DNA of 63,816 nucleotides, filler included, from Cercozoa sp. M6MM (Eukaryota; Protista; Endomyxa: Ascetosporea): NCBI GenBank assembly GCA_040357565.1. It is 15 parts of 15 records of this genome, joined end to end, with 100 filler letters (N's around TTAATTAATTAA, not from the genome) between each part and the next. Parts side by side here need not be neighbours in the genome. Positions count along the whole stretch, not along the records: positions 28,530 to 34,949 come from JBDODJ010000739.1; positions 35,050 to 39,503 come from JBDODJ010001138.1; positions 39,604 to 44,524 come from JBDODJ010001021.1; 12 more parts are not named here. One strand, 5' to 3'. Shown piece by piece: positions 28,533 to 39,687 of this stretch (position 1 is its first letter; each line of letters starts with the position of its first letter). The notes under the pieces were generated by a model. It saw only the letters and a program-made list of their open reading frames with translations, ran no database searches and was not told where the DNA came from. The position numbers and the translations under genes were made by a program.

Positions 28533-29292
28533 GTTTGTCCTGGGCGAATCCGGGCGAGGCCGAAGCTTGCGCAGCAATCGTGCAGCGTCTGCTGACGGAG
28601 CTGCCGACTGTACTTTTACCCATACCTAGTTTTACCCTCTACCCCCTTATTCCTTTTAAATTCAGGACATGAGCATAGCCGTGGTGACGCCCTACAGTGC
28701 GCAGCGCTCGCTGCTGCGGCGTCGGCTGGCACGTGCGTTGGATCGCCTGCCGCCCAGTCGCGTGTACTTTACTTGTACTTCTTGGTGTGGGGGGGGGGGG
28801 GTGAAGAGGGTTAAACTCAATGTATCAGTTGAATGTATCTGCCCGCAGAGACGTGCGCACCGTGGACGGCTTCCAGGGCGGCGAGGCCGACGTCGTGGTC
28901 TTTGCGTCCACGCGGAACAACGCCACTCGCAACATCGGCTTCCTCGCGGACGCGCGTCGTTTCAATGTAACTTCACTATCAATGGGGGGGGGGGTAAATC
29001 ACAGATGTATTTATGTTGTCTAGGTGGCCTTCACGCGCGCACGCTACGCTCTCATCGTGTTGGGCAACGGCGACTTTCTGGCCCAGGTAGCCTTTAACTC
29101 GTCTTGCCGCACCCATAATCACTGTGTACTATGGCACTACTGCTACGGCTGCTGTGCTGTACGTAGGGACCGCCGGAGTGTCACTGGCGCCAGTGGATGC
29201 AACACGTGCGGCAGCTGCTGCTGCACTCGGAGGCCGAGTCGCGTCTGGCGCACTGGCGCCACGTGTCGCAACTCCGACTTAACTCAAGCTAG
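28533..29292 (+). CDS. SF1 Upf1/Sen1/Dna2-like helicase, C-terminal (AAA_12) fragment
   Basis: NPGEA, IAVVTPYSAQ, TVDGFQGGEADVVVFASTR, IGFLADARRFNVAFTRAR. Confidence 0.92.
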
Positions 29293-29318
29293 CCTGTCTT
29301 GCCTCGCCAAGTTAGAGT

Positions 29319-29545
29319 GGATGTAGGAAAGGAACTGACCTGTGCCTTTTCGTGAGACGAGGATCTTGCAGCAAGAACAAATCCTCAATCTCATCCCAGA
29401 CAGGACCAGTGTTTGCGAATCACACCTTACCAACAGAGCCACTAAAACTCCAAGCTTTAAACCTTCTACCTTTTCTTGGTTTGATGATACGCCACGGTAA
29501 AAAAGTAACAAAGGTTTGCCGGAACAGAAATTCAACCGGGGAATT
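29319..29545 (-). ncRNA. Candidate independently transcribed structured small RNA ending in ACA-NNN
   Basis: Three hairpins with G-U pairs favouring the minus strand; ACCCAT element about 65-70 nt upstream; lies between convergent genes. Confidence 0.5.
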
Positions 29546-29667
29546 TGCAATGACGGACTCGGTTCAGAACCCCACAATTGATCGAGTTTTTGACTGAGTT
29601 TAGATGGGTAGTTTGCCAAGTGTAATGTACACAACGACCAAACAAGCGGCAGACAGCGTTCTTGAGC

Positions 29668-30333
29668 TTACTGCTTGTCGACCTCCAGGTTCGGCATGGC
29701 GTCGAAGCCAATGTCGGCGAGCATGCCGGCCGTGGCCTCGTCGACGAGGATCTTGTCGGTCTGGATGGCCGACTGCACCGGCACGTAGTCGAGACGGCGC
29801 TCGTTGGCCTCCTGCTGCACCTTGAGCACAATGCCCTTGACGGCACCGCGGTTCAGACGCTTCATGAGGTGCGTCACGTAACCGGCAATCTGGTTGCGCA
29901 CGCGCTTCGACGGCACGATGGCGATCTCATCGATGATCTTCTTGTTGGTGTGGAAGTCGTACGTGAGCTGCCGGCACAAACACACAATCTACAAACAACA
30001 AAAAACACCCGGGGAAAAGGTGATTGGCACCTTGTTGTAGTACTTGCACACGATGTCACGGGCGGCCGACTTGACCAGCTTGTTACGAACGCGACCCTAA
30101 GCACCCAAAACACACACATGAGATCAGGCATTCCTTCCTCCAGACAAGAACTCTCTCGCAGAGCGGTAAGAGTCTTGCTGGCAGTCCCGGCACCCGCACA
30201 TAGCCTGGCACACGGCCATGCTGCGGCGAGTGACGCGGGTCGCCTCCTTCCTCCGCCAAACACGCCAATGCGCGAAAAGCGGCAGTCGGGTGCTCTCGCG
30301 CGAGCAGCGCATACGCAAGGGTCAACGCACCAT
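29668..30333 (-). CDS. RPS17: 40S ribosomal protein S17 (eS17)
   Basis: ATG|intron|[59 protein letters not shown]. Confidence 0.97.
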
Positions 30334-30519
30334 TTTGCTTGGCTTGACTGCACTAACTCGACAAAAAGTTGTTGTTGGGAAATTTTGTTCTTGAATTTTG
30401 AATCCGGCGCTCCGAGCCCAGGTTGTTTTGGCCAGGACGTCTATGGGAGTGATCCAAGTACTCGAACAGTGAGAGTTTGCCCTGTTGGTGTTGTGAACGT
30501 TTGGAGCGGAGACTGATCA

Positions 30520-32130
30520 ATGGTACCGTGGGAGGCACAAGCGAAGGTGCTGTGCCGCTACTTCTGGAGTTGTCCCTGTGTCGCCAAGGAGGATTTCGAG
30601 GCCAAGCTCCGCGAGCGTAAGTTGTGTTAATTCTACAGAGTACGTTGCAACGGATTATCTGTGTGCAGTCGGACTCCAGACAGAGCCGCAGCGAGTGAGT
30701 CGCATGATTCGCCTTCTGAACGAGAAGCTTGACGCGGTGAACCTGTGAAAAAAAGGGGTGTGCTTGTGTCTTTTCTTGTTTTAAACAATGTCGCTGATGT
30801 GCAGATGGGCGTTGAAATCGAAGTGACTGTGAGTGCTCTCCCGAATCCTTTTGTCTCGATTTACTTCCTTGGGCGACTGAGTGAGTGCAGACACACGCTC
30901 TTACGAGCGAGGTGTGGTACACGATGAAGAAGCAGCACGTCACCAAGAGCGAGGCGCTGGTGCTACAGCTCCCTGCCGTAGCCTCTGCTTTCTGCTCTCT
31001 ATCTCCTTCTATCTTTGTCGTTCTATCTTTTTATCTTTCTGTCTTACCTCCTCATGCAACAGCCCTTGCGTGACGCCGACTTCTTACGCGCTGTGCTGCT
31101 CAAGGTATGTTGTTTTCTGGCATCGTTGTGTTTTGTTTATTGGCATTAACACGAGGCAGATCCTCAAGTCGACAGATGGTTTTGTGTCCGGCGAGGACAG
31201 CGTCACACTCAAAGACGGCACTGTCGTCGATGGCGAGGTACAGTCCTGCGGAAGGGTATAGCGTTTTGTTAATGTGGTGTACTTGTGCGCTCGCAGGAGT
31301 GCCAGCGACGCTTCTTAAACTTGACACTGGAGGGCTGGTTCACTGTAACCACTGTGTGCATTTATGTACTCAACGGTATGGTCTGGACTGTACGGAATGG
31401 CCTGTAGACGCACCGCGATGACTTTAAATTTACGTACGGTCCGCGCGTGCAGGCCGAGTTGCGGTACTCTTCTGTGCTATACATCATATATATATATATA
31501 TATATGTGTATATATATATGTATATAGTTATATGTATGTGCAGGGACACTCGAGTAATGCAGTGTCTCACAAAAGAAGCGCAGCAACACGAGTTCGATGC
31601 CACGCAGGTGGAAGAGGTACCCTCCCTTTTGTCACTTTTGTGCTGTGCTCTATCTTGGCTCTGTTCTAATCTATTGTGTGTACAGGATGAAGAGAATGAC
31701 TGGGAATGCCCAGTTTGCTCGAATCTCGTGATGACTCAGAGCAATTGCGGCGGCGCTCACTGTACCTATCGTCCCTGTCTGCCCTCCCTGCCTTCCTTCC
31801 CTGCCTTCCCTGCCTTCCTTCCTGCCTTCCTTCCCTGCCTTTCTTCCCTGCCTTCCTTTCCTGCCTTCTGTACTTCGCTGCTTTTCAGGTAAAGGCCGCG
31901 TGCATGCGACCTGTCTCTTGAACACCGTGCGGCACCGTCGTAATAGGATCTATCTAAAAATTCTTTGTTTATTTATTTATCTGGTGTGTATCATCGGTTG
32001 AGTTGAGTTGTGCGCAGAGAACGGGCAGACCAAGTGTCCGTGCTGCCACGTGGTCTTCGATCCGCTGCAGTGCCCGGTGTTGCGGTATGCGTTCCCGGGC
32101 GACCTTCTCCAAGAGGCGCTGCAGAAGTAA
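30520..32130 (+). CDS. NSE1: SMC5/6 subunit NSE1 (winged helix + RING-like)
   Basis: LLNEKLDAMGVEIE, FTYGPRVQAEL, CPVCSNLVMTQSNCGGAHC..RVHATC...KCPCC; stop TAA at 32128-32130. Confidence 0.7.
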
Positions 32131-32199
32131 TCGAACGCGACGCGACGCGTACGCGACGAACTGAGCTCAGTTAGTTGCGTTGAGTGTTACCACAGCCCT

Positions 32200-32705
32200 C
32201 TCAGATAGGGATCAGGCTTTGCGTTGGTAAATTGAGGGTGCTTTGTCAGTGATACAACTTAGGGACGTAAACTTAAGAAGGGAAAGTCTGTTCTTGGGGG
32301 GAGAGTGGCCAAGTGTCAGTTTGAAAGAGTGAGTTGCCCCAACGGTTCAGTTGGGCGGCAAAGCACTGGTGGACGGGAAAGACACCCGTCAGATGTTTTT
32401 ACTGTAGAAAGAACAGTCAGGAAAAGGTTCTTGAGACGGAAAGGCGTCGTCAGAACTGAGGAGTGGATTCGGAAGTAAATTTACTTGAGTTGGCGTGAAG
32501 TAAAGAGGAAAGAAGAAGGGAGAAGGGCTCTGGTCGAGAGAGAGCCCTTCTTTGAGTTCAACTGCAAATGCTCGGGGCAAGACTCCCCAGCGAACACACG
32601 TCAAAAACCTTCCACACCTCTATTGAGGTATTTGGTAAGTCTTCAAGTTGCTTCCGCGCGGATACAGTAGATCCCTATAGGAAACCACCATACAACTCCC
32701 CTTTT
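32200..32705 (+). ncRNA. Candidate large (about 500 nt) structured non-coding RNA, unidentified
   Basis: Terminal pairing ATAGGGATC/GATCCCTAT encloses at least 8 hairpins; no splice pattern or credible ORF; followed by TTTT. Confidence 0.6.
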
Positions 32706-32884
32706 GACGTTCCCCAGACAACAGTGCACAGGGACAAGACCTCGCTGAACACAGCACACCACACAACACAACACACAGCACAACACACAGCCAAGATACG
32801 GTATCGGCGGCGAACAGTACCTGTTAATTGGTTAAACGGACCGGGTGGAACTGACGAGAGACCTGGCACTATTGCAACGATCGG

Positions 32885-33813
32885 ATGACAACATGCAACC
32901 CAGGCGTTCTCCCGCGCGGAAGCAGTCAGAACAAAGAACCTCGAGCGTCAAGCAGTGATCCAAAGCTGAAAAATAGACAGCAAGAGGGTAAATTTAGACT
33001 GAGATACGGAAACGCGATCTCTGTCAGTTTGCGCAGCTTCCTGCTAAGAAAAGCCCATGTCCGGTCAGTTCTTTCAGTTCAGTTTTTGCTCACCAGTGTG
33101 TCCAAATACAGCGCCGTTGCTATTTTATGCCGATACGCTTTTCAATCTCAGATGAACGAACCAAAGTACGGGAGCTAGACACCAGCAAGGACTTAATTCG
33201 CAAGCTGGATGAACTTGATTTGAGCGGAAACTGGGCTCACGAGTCGAAGCTTGTACGAGAAAAGTGCCAGGCACTTGTCGTATTTTCTCAGCCTCCGTTC
33301 CGCTCTCTTTCTATTTGCGTGTGTACTATCTGGTCTGGAAGGCCGAAAGGAATCGACTCCAATGGAAAATTCACGAGCTTGAGCTAGCGAATCGACATCT
33401 GAGCGAGACGAGCCTCGCCCCTGTCGTCCAAGAGGCTCGTCATGCCGGAGCTCACAGGATCCGCATCACAGTTCAACTGGGCGACCCCGCTCCTAATCCC
33501 GACGACGATGATAATCGTATCTTTTTCCTTGCCTTCGGCCACTCCTCCTCTTTTTTGGTACTCTCATTCCGTTACCAGCGACCGCTCACGCATACGGCAG
33601 CATCAACGTCTTTCTTCCTGAGAACATTCCGGACTCTGTAAACGCGGTGGCCGAAGCCTTAGCGACGAAACTTCGTGCCGGTAAGTCCATTCAATGTACT
33701 ATTCTTACCGACTGTCCCACGTTGCGCTCAGAGCGTCGTCGAAGAGTCGAGCGGTACCTGCGAGACTCTAATACCAACAAACTGAAGAGTCACTCGAGTG
33801 ATCCGAGCAGCTG
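32885..33813 (+). CDS. Hypothetical protein with coiled-coil segment
   Basis: Exons can be joined in frame (ERTKVRELD...AERNRLQWKIHELE...ERRRRVERYL...SS-TGA); first exon uncertain. Confidence 0.5.
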
Positions 33814-33986
33814 ACCGCGACGGAAGCATCCCCACCGCGGGGCCAATCGAACTGGAATTCGATCCTGTCCCAATAGATCCAACGGACGAAAGAACCGTGG
33901 CAGAATGAAACCGAAGAAACAAAACGAGACTTACGTGAGCTCAAAGCTGATTATGCGAAGCGGCGCTAAAAATCAATGAAGTATTG

Positions 33987-34412
33987 CTATAAATCAGTAT
34001 GAACGACGTCGCCAGCAGCCTCGAGCAAATATTCAGAATTCTCACGATCCCCAATGCTGCCCGTGGAGCCAGCACTCACTGCGGCAGCGGCCTGCAGGTC
34101 CAGAGCGTCCCACTCGGAAATCACTCGGCGCGCCATGCTCAGTTTGTCCTCCTGGCTTAGTGGGTTGTTGCACTGTCAATTTACACAAACATACATGCAC
34201 CCCCCCCCATCAGTTACTTCAGAGGCTGCTACCAAATCGATCGACTTAGCCAACCGTAGTTTGTCCGAATTGCACCTGTTGCCAAAGTGAATGTGCCCAG
34301 ATAGCAAGGAGAAAGACGGAGGGGAGGGCAGAAGGTATGGGCGGTACCAGGTATCGCACCAAAGCCACTCTTGCGGCAACGAGAAAATCGGCACTTCCGT
34401 CTGCAGCTGCAC

Positions 34413-34452
<40 letters not shown>

Positions 34453-34935
34453 CTCAGTACTACCTGTCTACCTTCCCCTGGCCTAGTTACTCACACACTG
34501 ACTGGACACAAAACTCACAAAGTTCGGCAGGTCCTGGTCCAGGTTGCTCAACGAGTTGGCGTCCTGCGACAGTCGTGCATACGTCTCCTGCAACAAGGGG
34601 GAGAAGGTAAATGGGGGGGGGGGGGGGCGGGTTGGGGGGTAAAACTACGCGAAGCCGGTCGCCGACGCGGCGGCGCCGAAAGAGCTCCAAATCGACGACG
34701 AAAAGCGCCGAAATGTGATACGCCAGCGAGTCGCCCAGATGCCTCCGCCACGAACCTGTGTAGCCACATCTCCCTCTTGTACAAATAGACGGTCCAAATG
34801 GACAGTCCAAATAAACGGTCCAGCTGGACCGCTCTCTGTCTGTACCAGTATCCCAGAAACGCAGTTTTCGCGTGTCCTCGCGCTGCCACTCGTCGCGACA
34901 GAACGGCACGAATCCGTACACCTTGTCCTGCCCAC
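33987..34935 (-). CDS. UGGT: UDP-glucose:glycoprotein glucosyltransferase, C-terminal GT24 domain
   Basis: YGFVPFC, RFWDTG, YHISALFVVDL, SLSNLDQDLPN, IFSLPQEWLWCDTWC, AKSIDLCNNP; ends HTDL-stop (HDEL-like ER retention signal). Confidence 0.95.
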
Positions 34936-36011
34936 AGGTATGGGTTGGGNNNNNNNNNNNNNNNNNNNNNNNNNNNNNNNNNNNNNNNNNNNNTTAATTA
35001 ATTAANNNNNNNNNNNNNNNNNNNNNNNNNNNNNNNNNNNNNNNNNNNNGTATATATATATATATATATATACACATATATATAGGCAAATAGGGAACAT
35101 ATATAGAGATATAGATACAGGGAAAAATACCCCTCTGCCAGCGCTGTCGCAGCGTCGTCGACGGCGCCGGCTGCCAGCACGGCGGCAGCTCCGACAGGTC
35201 GAGCGAGCTGAGGCGGCACATCAACATATCAAACATGATACCTCCGCAGCCAGAGACCCCAACCAATGTGTTTGCTGCACATACGCCAATGCTGTCGGCG
35301 TCACGACGCCGTTTTCGGCCACACTGACAGCTGTCGTCGACGGCGACGCCATCTGAACGGAGGAAGGGCACTTCCAGATCGGATTCTCTACTTACCCGAT
35401 AGATTGCTGTACCTTTTGGAGTCTTATTCTGCGGTGTGTCTTCGCGGCCGGTAGACGGTACCCAGAAAATCAAAACTACGGCTGGCGCTATTGGCGCTGC
35501 GTCTTAAGCGTCGAACGGCTTGCCCAAGCTGCTTGGCAAGAATTCGGCTCAAGGGACGCTCAGGCGAGCCAGGAGCCCACGCCCCCAACCTCCTGAGTCG
35601 ATAGGAAGATCATCGATCGCTGACCGGGACTCGTCCATTGGGCAGAGGTTTCACTTCTTTCAGACTTCTGCGCCTTCATTGTTGAACGCATTGCGTTGGC
35701 CAGACGGTACAGTGCCACCTTTCTAATGTGTGTCTCGTGCACGTGTGTTTTGGGCTTGTGGTCATGGGCACAAAATGGCTGCATTAGCCTGCCTGTGGGG
35801 TCTGAGGTGTATACCTGTGCCTTTGATAGGGCGTTTTGGGGTGTGGTGTGGCCTGGTCACTCTTGCTCCTTTGTTTTTTTTTTGTGTTTGGTGTCCGAGT
35901 GTTTTGATTTCTGTTGGTGTCGCGTGCAGATCGAACGAGAATCGTCGCGAGGCGCTTCGCTTGAGTTACTGTAGAATCTTAGGTTGCGTTTGAGTTTTGT
36001 CGAGCTCTCCC

Positions 36012-37045
36012 ATGAAGGTACAGCAGCATGGTCCCAGAATAGCTCTGTTGTGAGTGCGACACGTGTGCAGTTTTTGATTGCGACCGCGCTTGCCGCCGTC
36101 GCGTCGTCAGTCGTGGCGCAGTGCAACAGCACGGACGCCTCGGGTCTGTACGCGTTGCTGGCGGATGCGAGCGATGCCGCGCCGCTGAATGTCGTGATGG
36201 CGTGCAGCGACTCGAAGACCAACTTGGAGTGCGCGCAGGGTTTGCTCAATGACCAGAACATCACGGCGCTGTACAACCCGTGCGAGTGCACTGGCGCCTT
36301 TGCCAAGGCGTACGTCGGTCACACGACGAGCGAGTGCCAGTCGCAATGCAAGGACGACGCCTCGTCGCAGGCATGCATCGGTGCACATCTATAGTATCAC
36401 TATAGATAAGATAGATGCATGATGTGCATCTGCAGGCTGCCTGAGCGGTCAGGACGCCGGCGTTGGCCTGAACTACACGGACGTGTTTGCGTGCTCGCAG
36501 CAGGGCATGTGTGATCCTGTGTCGAACTGCTCGACGTGCGAGGCGGCGACGCCGGGCGAGACGTACCCGGCCGGCCACTGCGACGCGCTGTACCTGCCGG
36601 CGAACTCGACTGTGCCGGGTGACAACAACTCGACGATGCCGAACAGCACGGAGCCGGTGACGACGGCGCCGCCTGCCGCGCCCGAGTGCGAGCTCGCCGA
36701 TCGCTTCGGCCTGGCGCAGTCGCTCGGCGTGTTTGCCGGCCTGTCGCAGGAGCTGCAGACCAACGTGTCGATGACGTGCCTGTTGGACACGGATGACGCG
36801 TGCGCTGCCAAACTCGTGGAAATCAAGGGCATGTTCACGGAGTGCGCCTGCACGGTGCAGTTCGTCAAGGCGCTGTTGATGGCCACGCAGGTGCGCTGCA
36901 AGGACCCGTGCAACGGTGACCTGACGTCGGCGCAGTGCGTGCAGTGCGTCGACGAGGACAATGCGCTCGCTGCCGTCACGGGCGTCGGCTTTGCCTCGAC
37001 GCTGTCGTGCGGCACGACGACGCCCGACGCCTCGTGCGGTACGCC

Positions 37046-37095
<50 letters not shown>

Positions 37096-37105
37096 NNNNN
37101 NNNNN

Positions 37106-37153
<48 letters not shown>

Positions 37154-37749
37154 TATGGCATGTGTTTTGAGCAGGCTTCAGCGAGCCGTGCGCGTCGTGC
37201 GGTGCGTGCGCGTCGCGTCCGGCCTACCCGGAGTTTGTGAAGGAGCGCAAGTGCACGAGGCACGCCGAGGACAAGTGCGGCGTGGTGACGTCGATGCAGA
37301 AGGTGCTGAGCAGCATGGACACGGTGGCCAGCTGCTTTGCCGACTGCCAGGGCTTTGGCAGCCTCACGGACCAGCTGGTCAAGGACTGCGCGACGTGCGT
37401 GTCGGACCAGCTGCAGGGCGCCATGGCCGGCTGCGAGTGCGTTGGCACTACGGTGGCCACGACGCTCAGCTGCGCCGACCTCGGCAAGATCCAGGGCTGC
37501 GGCGACGACGCCGCCTGTGTGGCTGAGTCGCTGCGCGTGTCGTGCAAGGGCAGTCTCGTCGACGCCACGGGCCTGCCGATCGAGCTGTTCGTGCACCCGG
37601 TCGTGACGGCCACGGAGTGCCCGACGCCGGCCACGGAAACCTTCTGCACTGCCGAGGGCGTCGATCTGCGCGAGAACCCCGACTCCGCCGCCGGCCTGCT
37701 CACGGCCGTTGCCTCGGCCGTCGCTGCCGCCGGCTTTGCGCTCAACTAG
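36012..37749 (+). CDS. Secreted Cys-rich, probably GPI-anchored surface protein with internal repeats
   Basis: Signal peptide MK|FLIATALAAVASSVVAQ, Cys-rich domains, N-glycosylation sequons, hydrophobic C-terminus SAAGLLTAVASAVAAAGFALN. Confidence 0.8.
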
Positions 37750-37992
37750 ACGCACCGCACGGCTGCGCTATCGATTGTTTGCCGCACGTATTCTTACAAT
37801 TACTGAAAGTTATCCCAGATAACATTCGCTACAGGGATTAACATGGAAGCCACCGCACAGGCAGTGTCGATGTTCGAATGCCTGGCTTTTTTCTTTCTCA
37901 TTTGAGTGGCTACAACGCGAAAAACGCAACTCTGCAAAACAGCGCTTTCTTGGCCGGTGATCTTGGCGCAGACACTTACAAACGCAAACACG

Positions 37993-38778
37993 ATGGCTGA
38001 GGTACGGTTTGAGATGCCTTTAGATTGCCGAGCTGATTCATGATTTTGTCGCTGGGTTTTTCCATGATGTGATTATTTTTCTTTTTTGTGTTGTCTGTCG
38101 CAGCAGCAGCAACAGGCGGTTCCGGACCGAAACCCGGAGGAAGAGCGTCGGAAAGCCGAAGAGCAGGCTCGACAGCAGGAGGAGATGCGCACACGGTATG
38201 ATAGTGCCATTTGTTTGTTTGCTCAACCTTTTTGTGAGAGTGTTTGTCCACGCAGTCGAACAGAGATGTTGCGGTCGATCCTGGCGCCAGAGGCGTACGC
38301 ACGACGTGAGTTCAGTTCAGTTCAGTCAGTGGGTGAAGTGTAAGACGAGTCACTGCTGCTTGTGTTTAGTGCAACGCGTGGCAATCGTCAAGCCAGAGAA
38401 GGCGCGTGCCGTGGAAGAGATGCTCATCAACATGGCCCAGTCCGGCCGGCTGCGCGATCGCGTGAGTGAGGTACGCTTGTTGTTTTGCACACCTTGACAC
38501 ACACAGGGAAGTCTGGTGATTTGCGGATTTTCTGCCTTCCTGCCAGGCCGAGCTGGTGCGCTTCCTGTCGCAGGGCGAGAGCAAGGAGCAAGCACCCAAG
38601 ATCACGTTTGCGCGCAAGCGCAACAACTGGGACTCTGATAGTGACGAGGGTACGTGCTTTGCTTCCTCCCCCCCCCCCCCCCCCCTCTCTCTTCTCTCTC
38701 TCTTTAATGCCGAGTGTCGCTTGTGCATCCCTTCCCTCGCTGTGTGTGCTGCTGGTAGAGTTCGGCTCCGACTGGTGA
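37993..38778 (+). CDS. PDCD5: Programmed cell death protein 5 (PDCD5/TFAR19)
   Basis: EMLRSILAPEAYARLQRVAIVKPEKARAVEEMLINMAQSGRLRDRVSEAELVRFL...KITFARKR..DSD. Confidence 0.93.
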
Positions 38779-39136
38779 AAACCGTTGCGTGATGCAGTTT
38801 GTTTTTTCCGCCGTTGCATTCGATGTGTTGCAGTCTGCCTTTCATTGACGAGACAGTCTCATGTCGCGAGGCTTAACCTATGCACCGACTGGTGCACCAT
38901 CAGCGCATGCTGGACTCGACTGATGAAAGGATTATTGCTCGGCATTGCATTTAAGTTCCGTTGCTTGCTGTTGCGTTGCGTTGATGATGCGACGGTCAAT
39001 AAATGAAGTGTGGTCCATTAAGACGCGATGAGAAGCGAAGCGAAGACGTGTGAACGGTTTTACGATAGTCAAACCTAGCTGTATAAGCCTGGAGCCTGCC
39101 ATTTAGCTTGCATGGGTTCAGTGACGTGAGCGGAAG

Positions 39137-39420
39137 TCACACGCGATTCTGGCGCAGGTCGATGCCGTAGGCATACAGCGCAGCCTCCTGCAGCTTGTTC
39201 AAGGTCTCAGGTCGCGCGTTTTGTACCTGTCTCAGGGTGCAACCGTTTAACAACGGGGTGTATGCCAGTTGAAACCTGCTGTGCAGTAACGCAACGCAGT
39301 ACCTCAGCAGGAGACTCGGCCCACAGCACGACGATTGTGTTAACCGCCGACATCATCGTGTTGACAAACAGTAGCGCAAGCAAGTACCCAAGGATTGCTG
39401 CTGCCAGTGCCACCAGAACC
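39137..39420 (-). CDS. Choline transporter-like (CTL/PNS1) protein, C-terminal fragment
   Basis: TM helix followed by TMMSAVNTIVVLWAESPAEV..HP, typical of a PNS1/CTL C-terminus. Confidence 0.65.
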
Positions 39421-39453
39421 TATGGATGGTGTATGTATATTAATGTATGTCTG

Positions 39454-39503
<50 letters not shown>

Positions 39504-39603
39504 NNNNNNNNNNNNNNNNNNNNNNNNNNNNNNNNNNNNNNNNNNNNTTAATTAATTAANNNNNNNNNNNNNNNNNNNNNNNNNNNNNNNNNNNNNNNNN
39601 NNN

Positions 39604-39653
<50 letters not shown>

Positions 39654-39687
39654 GGGGGGGGGGGGTAAGAGGGGGCAAAGGATACAC

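Noticed and set aside
29459-29482. Similarity to the U4atac 5' end (CCTTTTCTTGG)
   Set aside because: Short match; the segment pairs locally, G-U pairs favour the other strand, and no U12-type introns were seen
32200-32700. Group I/II intron, hammerhead ribozyme or riboswitch
   Set aside because: No P7 GACUA/UAGUC pair, no domain V, no CUGANGA-GAAA core, no TPP motifs
33271-33341. Apparent GC-AG intron (CAG|gcactt)
   Set aside because: A GT donor 6 nt downstream (33277) in the same phase works equally well
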